Shown piece after piece: positions 29,391-39,810 of a DNA stretch of 64,000 nt. The stretch is from Candidatus Methanomethylophilaceae archaeon. Lineage in GTDB: Archaea > Thermoplasmatota > Thermoplasmata > Methanomassiliicoccales > Methanomethylophilaceae. Made by a program: the position numbers and the translations under genes. Every line of letters starts with the position of its first letter. Position 1 is the stretch's first letter. The stretch is from assembly GCA_050944155.1 (NCBI GenBank), contig JBMNQN010000002.1, positions 1-64,000 of the forward strand. The letters are read 5' to 3'. Below the pieces are notes generated by a model, which made no database searches, was not told the DNA's origin, and saw only the letters and a list, made by a program, of their open reading frames with translations.

Positions 29391-30157
29391 CATTTTTTTG
29401 ATTTTCTGATTTTTCTTCCGGTCCCTTTGGTCATAAGGTCGGATCTTTTTCCGAGATAGACGCCGTCGAGAAGGTATATTTCCGCGTTGTCGAGATCCGG
29501 AAGTTCGCTGTTCATAAGCGGCCCCAGAAGTCCTTCCCCGACAACGTTCACGGGGGAGCCGCCCAGCATTCTGTTGAAAGCCGGAACGATTACGAATTCG
29601 GAAGGAACCTGCGGATATTTTTCCGACGTTCCGGAAAAAGTTCCCCGGACCCAGCAGGGTTCGGTGGTTATCTTTCCTATCCCGTCCTTAAACATCACGG
29701 CAGGGTGGCTGTGCGCCATAACTATCGTTTCGCATCTCATGACCTCTTCGGAAGGCCAGGTATGGCCGTGTATGTATCCGACTCCGTCGTGAACGGTTCC
29801 GGATGCGGGGCGTATGCGGACTCTTCCGGGAAGGAATTCTTCGATTCCCGTGTCGTGGTTTCCCCGTACGAGTTCCACGGAACCGAAATGCTCCAGCAAT
29901 CCCTCGAAGAAATCCGGAATCTCTCTGTATTCCTGTTTGGAAGTGCCGGGAACCGAGTCTTTCACGTCGCCTATTATTATCAGTTTATGCGAATCTCCGG
30001 CCGCCTCTATTACGGAATCGAACATTTCTCCGGTTTTCGACGTTATATGGAAACCTTTGGACATAAGATGGGATTCCAGTCCTATGTGCAGATCGCCGAT
30101 TACCAGAACGCCGTTTCCCCGCAGAGCGGGTATACCGTACACGGGCTGAAGTTCCAT
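29390..30157 (-). CDS. Calcineurin-like metallophosphoesterase
   Basis: GDLHIG, GDVK, GNHD, HGH, HSHP. Confidence 0.9.
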   Translation of the reverse strand: MELQPVYGIPALRGNGVLVIGDLHIGLESHLMSKGFHITSKTGEMFDSVIEAAGDSHKLIIIGDVKDSVPGTSKQEYREIPDFFEGLLEHFGSVELVRGNHDTGIEEFLPGRVRIRPASGTVHDGVGYIHGHTWPSEEVMRCETIVMAHSHPAVMFKDGIGKITTEPCWVRGTFSGTSEKYPQVPSEFVIVPAFNRMLGGSPVNVVGEGLLGPLMNSELPDLDNAEIYLLDGVYLGKRSDLMTKGTGRKIRKSKK

Positions 30158-30158
30158 T

Positions 30159-31553
30159 TCACTCCTTCAGTTCTTCGGAGAGAACTTTTGGTATTTTTTC
30201 GAGAACGTCGGTGGCGATAAGACCGTAGGATTTATCGGAAAAGGCATACTCTCCGGCCCTGCCGCATATGTATGCGCCGAGGCAGGCCGCATGGAACGGC
30301 TCCATGCCCTTGGACACGAGACCGGCGACGGTACCCGCCAGAACGTCTCCCGTACCCGCTCCGGTCATGGCCGGCGTTCCTGTGACATTCTTTCTTGTTC
30401 TGACGCCGTTCGAAACGATATCGGTGTTTCCCTTGGCGAGAATCACCGAATTCAGGGAACGGGCAACGCGTTCCACCTCCTCTTCCGTGACGGTTTTTCC
30501 TCCCAGTCTCAGAAACTCTCCTCTGTGCGGCGTCAGGACGGCGGGGACGGCCGTTCTGAAATCGGAACCCAAAGCCGTTATGGCATCCGCGTCAATGACC
30601 AGCGGGACGCTGCATCCGGAAACGAAATTCTTCACGGCTTTTACGGTTTTTTCGTCGGTACCCAATCCGGGCCCTATAAGTACGGTGTCGTAGTTTTTCG
30701 AAATTTCCGAAAGATACGGCACGCTGTCCGGAGTCAGAACGTTTCCGCCCAGATTTTTTACGATAAAAACGGGGGAAAACGCGGACACGGCTTCGGCTGC
30801 GGCGTCGGGAACGGCTATTACCGTAAGATCCGCCCCTACGCGCAGGGCGGCTGCACCCGCCATGGCGGGAGCCCCGTAATACGGTCCGCCCCCGATCAGA
30901 AGAACGCGTCCGTTGCGTCCTTTATGACTGTCTTTTTCCGGAACGGGATACCTGAGCATGTCTCCGGGACCGACGGTATCCGAAGCTTCGCGGGGAATGC
31001 CTATATCCGCAACGATTATTTCTCCGGAATTTTCGGGTGTCATACCTTCTTTCACGTCATGGAAACATACGGTCAGCTCGGGTTTCACGCCCCCGTCGCT
31101 CCCCAGCCCGGAGGGAATGTCGGCGGAAACGACGGTGCCGCTGAAAGAACGTGCTTTTTCCGCATATTCGGAATAGGGGCTGCGCAGTCTGCCTTCGGAA
31201 CCCGTACCCAGAGCGCAGTCCACGAGAACGCCGTAGGCGCCGAAATCCGTCTCGCCGAAATCCAGCACGGGACATTCCAGCTTCGAGAAGTACTTCAGAG
31301 AAATTTCGGATTTGATTTTATCCGCGGGTTTCAGAAGGCATACCGATACGTCTCCGGACATTTTTCCGGCGGCGGCGAAACCGTCGCCTCCGTTGTTGCC
31401 GGTGCCGCATACAAAAAGAAATTTTTCGCCGCCGTATCTTTTTTCCAGAACCGAAGCGAGAGCCGCTCCCGCATTGTCCATGAGGGATTCCGTGCTAATA
31501 CCCAGAGCTTCGGAATTTATGTCCAGAATGCGGGATTCCAGGCGGGTTATCAT
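30159..31553 (-). CDS. nnr: Bifunctional NAD(P)HX epimerase/dehydratase
   Basis: GNNGGDG, SHKG.NG, IGPGLG, VIDADA, TPHRGEF, GTGDVLAG. Confidence 0.94.
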   Translation of the reverse strand: MITRLESRILDINSEALGISTESLMDNAGAALASVLEKRYGGEKFLFVCGTGNNGGDGFAAAGKMSGDVSVCLLKPADKIKSEISLKYFSKLECPVLDFGETDFGAYGVLVDCALGTGSEGRLRSPYSEYAEKARSFSGTVVSADIPSGLGSDGGVKPELTVCFHDVKEGMTPENSGEIIVADIGIPREASDTVGPGDMLRYPVPEKDSHKGRNGRVLLIGGGPYYGAPAMAGAAALRVGADLTVIAVPDAAAEAVSAFSPVFIVKNLGGNVLTPDSVPYLSEISKNYDTVLIGPGLGTDEKTVKAVKNFVSGCSVPLVIDADAITALGSDFRTAVPAVLTPHRGEFLRLGGKTVTEEEVERVARSLNSVILAKGNTDIVSNGVRTRKNVTGTPAMTGAGTGDVLAGTVAGLVSKGMEPFHAACLGAYICGRAGEYAFSDKSYGLIATDVLEKIPKVLSEELKE

Positions 31554-31557
31554 CCTA

Positions 31558-31851
31558 TCACTTCTGATTTTTCACCAAAATTTCGCCTAATTTGGGAAGA
31601 AGTTCCGTTTTTTTCATTACGCCTTTTTCTATTCTGACGCATCCCCTTTTGGCCGGGGCGTTTCCGGGATATGATTTTTCTTCGATTATTCTGTAATCCA
31701 GGTTGAGAATTATAGCGCCCTTCGCTATGCAATCTAGATCGGGATTTTTAACGCAAAGATTCAGGGGAAGTCTCCTTCCTTCTTTACGGGTACGTTCTGC
31801 ATCGAAGTACTCGGGCCAGACAACTATGGCGTTATCCTCGTCGTATGCCAT
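31558..31851 (-). CDS. srp19: Signal recognition particle protein SRP19
   Basis: VVWPEYFD..RTRKEGRR.P. Confidence 0.92.
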   Translation of the reverse strand: MAYDEDNAIVVWPEYFDAERTRKEGRRLPLNLCVKNPDLDCIAKGAIILNLDYRIIEEKSYPGNAPAKRGCVRIEKGVMKKTELLPKLGEILVKNQK

Positions 31852-31932
31852 GATATCATCCGTAGCACGGTTGTGTTAGAAACAAATTGCGGAAAAGCAG
31901 GGAAAAGGCCGCCGAAGCGGCCGTTATTGTGT

Positions 31933-32310
31933 TTAAATCAGAATGGCGTTGACGACCCCGTCCTGTCCGGGCCTGGAAGTGACGACGGCATCGCCGGCTT
32001 CGGTGGTTATGGTGGCGCCTTTGTTCAGAATGTTACGCTGAACGTAGTTGGGGTCGGCGGGGTTGGTCTTGACGGTTACGATTTTGACTTTCTTGGCGGT
32101 GTTGGTCTTCTTGTCGAGAACGTTGGCGTATTCCGCTCCGATAAGTCCGGTTTTTACGTTTCCGCCCATTCCGCGGTAGCTTTTAGCGGAGTGGGGACCG
32201 ACTCTGGTGAACTGTTTCTCTCTGCCAATCTCGAATTTTCTTTTGCCGGCGCAAAGAACGCGCCTTCCGCCCGTAGGCTTTCTTCTGGATTTACCCTGCC
32301 AAAGTGCCAT
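31933..32310 (-). CDS. rps8e: 30S ribosomal protein S8e
   Basis: SRRKPTGG...KRKFEIGR...VTSRPGQDGVVNA. Confidence 0.97.
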   Translation of the reverse strand: MALWQGKSRRKPTGGRRVLCAGKRKFEIGREKQFTRVGPHSAKSYRGMGGNVKTGLIGAEYANVLDKKTNTAKKVKIVTVKTNPADPNYVQRNILNKGATITTEAGDAVVTSRPGQDGVVNAILI

Positions 32311-33091
32311 TCTAATCGACTCCTGCTATTGATGTTCCGTATAAAAGCTTTGCGCGGGACGGTACTCTGTTGCATAATTCCTGAGTAAGGCCGAAAATCG
32401 CCTCATTTTTGATTAAAACGCCGTTTTTCTACCCCTTTACTCCATATCCGCAACCCCTTTCCGCACTCTTTTTTTCGGGCTCTCTGCTATTTATTTTTTT
32501 GATAAACATAAGTATGAATTCTGTCAAGCCACGCATACAACCAGACGGTAGAGAAAAAGTCGCAAAAGAAAAACGAGTAGGACGGTCCCGCAGCCACAAT
32601 AAAAACCTTCTGCGGGACGGTCACTCAGGAAACACGATAGGACGACGTACAGCTAAGGCAGAACGGAATAAAATCCGGAAATCGGAAAAAGAGATATAAA
32701 AAAGTACGAAAACTCATTTTTCACGAAAATCACGCTAACAACAACGTATTCTTGCGCACGGATCCGAGATTTTCAACATAAATTCCCGATTAAAATCGTA
32801 AAACAACCTGGAACGTACAAATTCCGGAAAACGGGGCAGATTCTACGTTTACTGCAATTCCATGATTATACAATAATCGCCGTCATGAGTTTTTCAGAGA
32901 GGCAGCTGTCCGCGGCGCCGCAGGCACCGCGGCCGGTATCCTTGAATCCCGAAAGTCCCGCATTACTCCAGGATACCGAAAAGAATATCGGATCCCGCCC
33001 CCGGAACTGCCCGGAAACCGGCAGCCTATTGGTTATACGACAGAGTAACGGATGTGCATATCTTTTTAAGCGGAAAAGTGCTGATTTAATC

Positions 33092-34900
33092 ATAAGTCGG
33101 TACAGCACGTCGAATGATGCGCATAAGGACAGCTTCTTTACGAAACGCACCCTGGTTTTGTCCGCGGCCTTTTTCTTTTTGGCGGTCGCATCGTTCAGGT
33201 TTATGACGGGTTTCGCCGATGATGCGGACGCAATCTCGTTCGACAAGGACGGATTCATATACCAAACCACCTCCGTCGACGAAGAAGTTACGGTTACCGG
33301 CACTGAATTGACCTCCGGGAATCTGGAAATACCTTCCTCAGTCGATTACGACGGGAAGACTTACAAAGTCACCTCTATCGGAAATTCCGCATTCTACGGC
33401 TGTTCCGGGTTCACCGGCAACCTTACGATACCCAGCGGCGTCACGACCATCGGAGATTACGCATTCCAGAATTGTTCCGGGTTCACTGGCTCCCTCACGA
33501 TACCTAGCAGTGTTACGTCCATCGGAGATTACGCATTTTACGGGGCGAATTCTTTGTCGGGCCTGACTTTCGCCGGAGAAAGTCTTCCCGCAATCGGAAG
33601 TAATGCATTTAATTTCAACACGACTTCGACGGAAAAACCCTACGATCTTAAATTCCAGTCCAACAGGCCGTTGCCCGACGAACTGAAATACAATTACACG
33701 AAATTCCAATGCGAAATAATCTGGAACGTCGGTGGCACATCGCATACGCTGAAACACGTCTACGGTACCCTTCCGGAATATGACGGAACCACACCTGTAT
33801 CCACGCCCGACGGAAATTTCTATACGTGGAATCCGGCGGTCGAAGAGGTAACCGGTCCGAAAGAGTATACCGTCGCGTACAAGGAAATCACCGTGGATTT
33901 CGGTGGCGTCGATTACTACTACACGGGCTCCCCGATAACACCGGAAGTAACCGTTAAAATCGGTTCCGTTGAACTGGAAAAGGATACAGACTACGAGATT
34001 TCTTATTCTGAAACCTATGTAGGCTCCGCCACTGTCACGATTAAGGGCATCGGTAAATACGGAGGAACCGTCGAAAAAGGATTCGAGATCCTCAAGGCGA
34101 AGCTGACAATAACAGCCGAAGACAAAGCCGTCGTTTTCTCCGAAGCGGCTCCCGAGTTTACCGCGAAATACGAAGGGTTCGTGAGCGGCGACGACGAAAG
34201 CGTCCTTGTCGGAACCCTGGAATTCGACTGCGGTTACGACGGATCCGTTCACGCGGAAACTTTCGATATAATGCCCAAGGGATTAACATCGGACAACTAC
34301 GACATAACGTTCGTCAAGGGAACGCTTTCCTTCGTGGAGGCGACGATTGACATTCCGACCGCCGTATCCGGACTTACCTACAACGGTGCGGAACAGACCG
34401 GCGTCCCCGAGGGCGACGGTTACACAATAACCGGAAACACCGGCATATATCCCGGCGATTACTCGGCGACATTAACCCTAAATGACGGTTACGCCTGGTC
34501 CGACGGGTCCGTCGATGCCAAGACGGTTGAGTGGTCCATAGCCAAGGCGAAGCTGACAATAACAGCCGAAGACAAGACGGTTACCTTCTCCGAAGCAGCT
34601 CCCGGGTTCACCGCGAAGTACGAAGGGTTCGTAAACGACGAGAACGAAAGCGCTCTCGGCGGAACTCTGGAATTCGACTGCGGTTACGACGGATCCGTTT
34701 ACGCGGAAACTTTCGACATAACGCCAAAAGGACTCACTTCGGACAACTACGACATAACCTTTGCGAAGGGTACTCTCACCGTGGTGTCAAACGCCCCCGC
34801 CGAGAATACGGGCGTCTCCCTGGGCGTGATTGCCGCAACCGTCGCGGTTCTGTCGACGGCTGCCGCGGGATCCATGTATTGGGTGCTGAGACGGAAGTGA
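33092..34900 (+). CDS. Cell-surface adhesin-like protein: signal peptide, BspA-type LRR_5 repeats, two MBG-like domains, C-terminal TM anchor (start uncertain; ORF open from 32885)
   Basis: TIPSxVTxIGDYAFxxCSGFTG repeats, LTITAEDK...NYDITFxKGTL twice, C-terminal hydrophobic helix followed by RRK. Confidence 0.85.
   Translation: MSRYSTSNDAHKDSFFTKRTLVLSAAFFFLAVASFRFMTGFADDADAISFDKDGFIYQTTSVDEEVTVTGTELTSGNLEIPSSVDYDGKTYKVTSIGNSAFYGCSGFTGNLTIPSGVTTIGDYAFQNCSGFTGSLTIPSSVTSIGDYAFYGANSLSGLTFAGESLPAIGSNAFNFNTTSTEKPYDLKFQSNRPLPDELKYNYTKFQCEIIWNVGGTSHTLKHVYGTLPEYDGTTPVSTPDGNFYTWNPAVEEVTGPKEYTVAYKEITVDFGGVDYYYTGSPITPEVTVKIGSVELEKDTDYEISYSETYVGSATVTIKGIGKYGGTVEKGFEILKAKLTITAEDKAVVFSEAAPEFTAKYEGFVSGDDESVLVGTLEFDCGYDGSVHAETFDIMPKGLTSDNYDITFVKGTLSFVEATIDIPTAVSGLTYNGAEQTGVPEGDGYTITGNTGIYPGDYSATLTLNDGYAWSDGSVDAKTVEWSIAKAKLTITAEDKTVTFSEAAPGFTAKYEGFVNDENESALGGTLEFDCGYDGSVYAETFDITPKGLTSDNYDITFAKGTLTVVSNAPAENTGVSLGVIAATVAVLSTAAAGSMYWVLRRK
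34094..34777 (+). repeat. Intragenic direct repeat of about 234 bp, two copies 450 bp apart (34094-34327 and 34544-34777)
   Basis: Both copies begin AAGGCGAAGCTGACAATAACAGCCGAAGACAA and share CTGGAATTCGACTGCGGTTACGACGGATCCGTT. Confidence 0.9.
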
Positions 34901-34906
34901 GTCCGT

Positions 34907-34927
34907 GACGCCCGCGCTGCGGGCGTC
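34907..34927. terminator. GC-rich hairpin after the adhesin gene
   Basis: GACGCCCGC-GCT-GCGGGCGTC. Confidence 0.5.
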
Positions 34928-35117
34928 CGGACAAAACCTTTACCGTATATTCCCCGAATCATCGCAAACAGGCTCTTCGGGTTCAGCTGCGCAATGAACC
35001 GATAAACTCCGAATCAGTGTTCATACACTTTATCCGGTGATCGTAACGATATTTTCCTTCGAACGTAACCCGACCGGAGAGATTCCTGCCGTCAGGAATT
35101 TCGTTTTCATACTGATT

Positions 35118-35759
35118 TCAGTCCCGCGGACCGAGCATCTTTACATCTATGCCCCCGCCGTCGATTTCTATAACGGCAGCATATCCGTCTCTTGCGGGAC
35201 CAGGATTTACGAAAACGGTGCCGTTCTTTTTCACGGTTCCGATGGCTTCGTGCACATGGCCGGACAGGGCCAGAACGGGACCGAATTCTTCGACTATGCG
35301 TCCCACGGCGGGACTTCCCACGTTCAGTCCGGACGGAATTTCGTCCAGTATTCCGTACGAAGGGACGTGCGTCATCAGGACCATTCCTTTTTCGGATACG
35401 GTTTTCAGTCCTTCGTACAGTTCTTCCTCGGTGAGCTCGAAAGGAGTCCCGAAAATGGTTATGTTCGAACCTCCCAGTCCGGCGAAACGGAGACCCATAA
35501 TATCCGCGCTCTTTCCGTGCATGTCGTGCGCTATATCGCTCACCGCGGAGGGCATGTCTCTGGGATCGCAGTTTCCGGGTATGACGTAAACTTCGGAATC
35601 GATTTCGGAAAGGATGGAAACGGCGTCTTCACCCGTTCCCATATCCGTAACGTCTCCCAGGAATACCGTGAAATCCGCTCCGTATTCCTTAATCCTGGAG
35701 TTTATGGAGGGTATTCTCGATTTTTTCTGATGCAGGTCCGAAATGACAAGGAATTTCAT
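35118..35759 (-). CDS. Metallophosphoesterase (Icc-like)
   Basis: SDLH, GDVT, GNCD, THVP, GHVHE, VNPG. Confidence 0.9.
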   Translation of the reverse strand: MKFLVISDLHQKKSRIPSINSRIKEYGADFTVFLGDVTDMGTGEDAVSILSEIDSEVYVIPGNCDPRDMPSAVSDIAHDMHGKSADIMGLRFAGLGGSNITIFGTPFELTEEELYEGLKTVSEKGMVLMTHVPSYGILDEIPSGLNVGSPAVGRIVEEFGPVLALSGHVHEAIGTVKKNGTVFVNPGPARDGYAAVIEIDGGGIDVKMLGPRD

Positions 35760-35818
35760 GAAACGTCATGGCTCCGCATGGTAATCAATTGTTCTCTCCG
35801 CGACGGAATGTTATCCGT

Positions 35819-36667
35819 TCACCTGAGGTAAATCACTATACCCCCGTATTCGGGACTGTATTCGGAGATCATGGTCGTCCGTTCCGAAAACGGAAGTACC
35901 ATGTTCAGACCGTTCAGCATCATGGTGTGGCGCATACACACCACATCCCCGTTTTCGTGGGGCCTCACCACCAGTATTCTGTAGTCGGCGCTTATGTGGA
36001 CGAAATATCTTGTTTTGCAGAAAGATTCGCTGTAAATTTCGTCGGGACCGATTCTTTCGACGGTAATCCTCTCCGGACGGAAAGACGTAAAACCGTCGGC
36101 ATTCGGTATGGTTTCTCCGCAGGGTTCCGGGGGACGCATCTCGTACATCCGTACTTTTTCCTCCAGGGAAGATATGATCTGCCGGTTTTCCTTGTCTTTT
36201 CCTTCGAGTTCTTCGATTTTGGAATTCAGTTCGCTTATGTGTTCTTCCTTTTCTTTGACGGCTTCCGCAACCTTCTCGCCGATGAATTTTTTGGTGATTT
36301 CTTTGTATTTTTCTTCAAGCAGAGGTTCCACCGCGTCCCTGTGCTTCGTAAGTATGATTTCCACTATGTCTTCTATCTGATCTCCCCTCATTTCCATAAG
36401 AAAAGCGCCGTCGACTCTGTGTACGGCTTTGGCGAAATAGTAATGTCCCATCAGCGTGAGGGTACAGAGCCAGGTTTCTCCCTCGTGTATTATGTTTTCG
36501 AAGGCCCGGTCTCTGTATACGTTGCGGCCTCTGTATTTGGACAGAATTATGTTTCTGACGGGATCTCTGTAGAAGGTTAGGGCGACCGCGCTTTCGATGC
36601 TGTCCAATCCGTCGTCCGCCAGATTCCATTTGTCCATGAAATCGTTCGATGCTTTGTGGAATTCCAT
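35819..36667 (-). CDS. Hypothetical protein with central coiled coil
   Basis: 282-aa ORF abutting the NYN stop (TAAATG); heptad-rich EKEEHISELNSKIEELEGK. Confidence 0.75.
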   Translation of the reverse strand: MEFHKASNDFMDKWNLADDGLDSIESAVALTFYRDPVRNIILSKYRGRNVYRDRAFENIIHEGETWLCTLTLMGHYYFAKAVHRVDGAFLMEMRGDQIEDIVEIILTKHRDAVEPLLEEKYKEITKKFIGEKVAEAVKEKEEHISELNSKIEELEGKDKENRQIISSLEEKVRMYEMRPPEPCGETIPNADGFTSFRPERITVERIGPDEIYSESFCKTRYFVHISADYRILVVRPHENGDVVCMRHTMMLNGLNMVLPFSERTTMISEYSPEYGGIVIYLR

Positions 36668-37237
36668 TTATTCAGCCTCCTCGGATGCGGTTTCGTTTTC
36701 GGTTTCTTTCGGAGGGTTGAACACGGACAGAAGAGGCATTTTTTCGAGAGCGTGGAAACTGTCTCCCGCCTTTCTCATTTCGTTGCCCACCGAATAGGCG
36801 AAAGCGGCCACTTCCACCTTTTTTCCGGCGGACTGTATCTGCTGTATCGCGGGTACGAAGTCTCTGTCCCCGCTTACGACCACGGCAACGTCGTAATGGT
36901 TTCTGAGTGCGTGTACGACCATTTCGCAGGCCATGGCCACGTCTACTTCTTTCTGCTCGTCCCTTTCGGAATCGTAAGCTTCCCTGGCTATCACCCTGTA
37001 TCCCATATATCTGAGTTTGTCGTGCAGTTTTCTGGAAGAATCGTTTTCTCCGAAGGGTGCCTGTGTGTCGAATATGTATGCGGCAACCAGTTCCCTCTGG
37101 TCGAGGAGCTGAATCGCCAGCGTATAGAAGTCCAGTCTGAATACTTTGTTTTCGCTCAGCTGGACGCTTTTGAGAACGTTTCTGATATCAACAAAAATCA
37201 TGACACGGTCCGTTTTGTTTTTCGTGATCAGTGAAAT
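36668..37237 (-). CDS. NYN/LabA (DUF88) PIN-fold nuclease; start ATG 37201 or ATT 37237
   Basis: IFVD.RN, QKEVDVAMA, SGDRDFVP motifs. Confidence 0.88.
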   Translation of the reverse strand: MSLITKNKTDRVMIFVDIRNVLKSVQLSENKVFRLDFYTLAIQLLDQRELVAAYIFDTQAPFGENDSSRKLHDKLRYMGYRVIAREAYDSERDEQKEVDVAMACEMVVHALRNHYDVAVVVSGDRDFVPAIQQIQSAGKKVEVAAFAYSVGNEMRKAGDSFHALEKMPLLSVFNPPKETENETASEEAE

Positions 37238-37332
37238 GGAATCACCGGCGCGTATATTGTAAGAATAGAATATCTAATATACGGACGAAGAGGGGCGCAT
37301 GTCTCGAAAATCCGTTATGTTTTGCAGAATAA

Positions 37333-37420
37333 TGGCGTGGAGGGCGAGATTCGAACTCGCGAGTCCTTTTGGGACAATAGATTAGCAGTCTATCGCCTTG
37401 CCAGGCTGGGCCACCTCCAC
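37333..37420 (-). tRNA. tRNA-Ser(GCU), CCA encoded
   Basis: GTGGAGG/CCTCCAC acceptor, ATAGA-CT-GCT-AA-TCTAT, long variable arm. Confidence 0.96.
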
Positions 37421-37734
37421 AGCATCAAGCCGTATGAACTCGGATTATTAAAGATTTGGACTTAACAGAGGGGGAAAACCGTCGGGAAAAGGTATTTCCG
37501 CCGTTCTGCGGCGTTATTCCGCAAATCCGAAAACATCGGTGCCGTACTGTATTTTCGGATTCGAAGTATACGCGCTGTTCTAATGCGACACGTGCGTAAA
37601 AATCGGGGCAACTATCTGCCGGCAGGAGGCCGTAAAATACGGAATGCGGAAAAATCATGATTGTTATTTTATACTCCTAATATGATGTTATATTTCCCGC
37701 GTGTATCGGACGGGTATCGGCGGAATCATAATCG

Positions 37735-37769
37735 TTATATACCCGACCGTTATACAAGGAGATGCGCGA
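37735..37769 (+). promoter_or_regulatory. 16S rRNA promoter (TATA box plus GGAGATGCGCGA initiator region)
   Basis: TTATATAC at 37735; 12-mer at 37758 also present at the 23S promoter. Confidence 0.7.
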
Positions 37770-37852
37770 CTTGGCGACCACATGTTCTGTGGTCTCTGAT
37801 GCCGCGATGATGGAGAGTCAAGATCTCCGCTTCGGCGTGTTCTCTTGAACTC

Positions 37853-39594
<1,742 letters not shown>

Positions 39595-39716
39595 ATCCTT
39601 CATTTTTATCATTCATACGTATCTGTTTACGGCATCCCGTATCGATTTTTCCGACGGATGTTGATTTCTTTTCGGGGTTTTTTAGAAATTTACGTGCCGT
39701 TTACGGGTTGAAAAGG

Positions 39717-39789
39717 TAGTCCTGCCCGGATTCGAACCGGAGTCTCCGGCTCCAAAGGCCGGAATGATTGACCGCTACACTACAGGACT
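39717..39789 (-). tRNA. tRNA-Gln(UUG)
   Basis: AGTCCTG/CAGGACT acceptor (A1-U72), CCGGC-CT-TTG-GA-GCCGG. Confidence 0.95.
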
Positions 39790-39810
39790 TTCGGGCGCTT
39801 ATCCCGTTCT

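Noticed and set aside
32514-32699. Basic 61-aa ORF as a real gene or IS end
   Set aside because: No RBS, recognisable motif, transposase or matching terminal repeat; kept only as part of a low-interest finding
33370-33545. Periodic repeats as a CRISPR array
   Set aside because: They are degenerate 75-bp in-frame LRR coding units with no spacers, and no cas genes are present
35819-37420. Integrated element at tRNA-Ser or other tRNAs
   Set aside because: No integrase gene and no duplicated tRNA 3' end (att site) seen in the window
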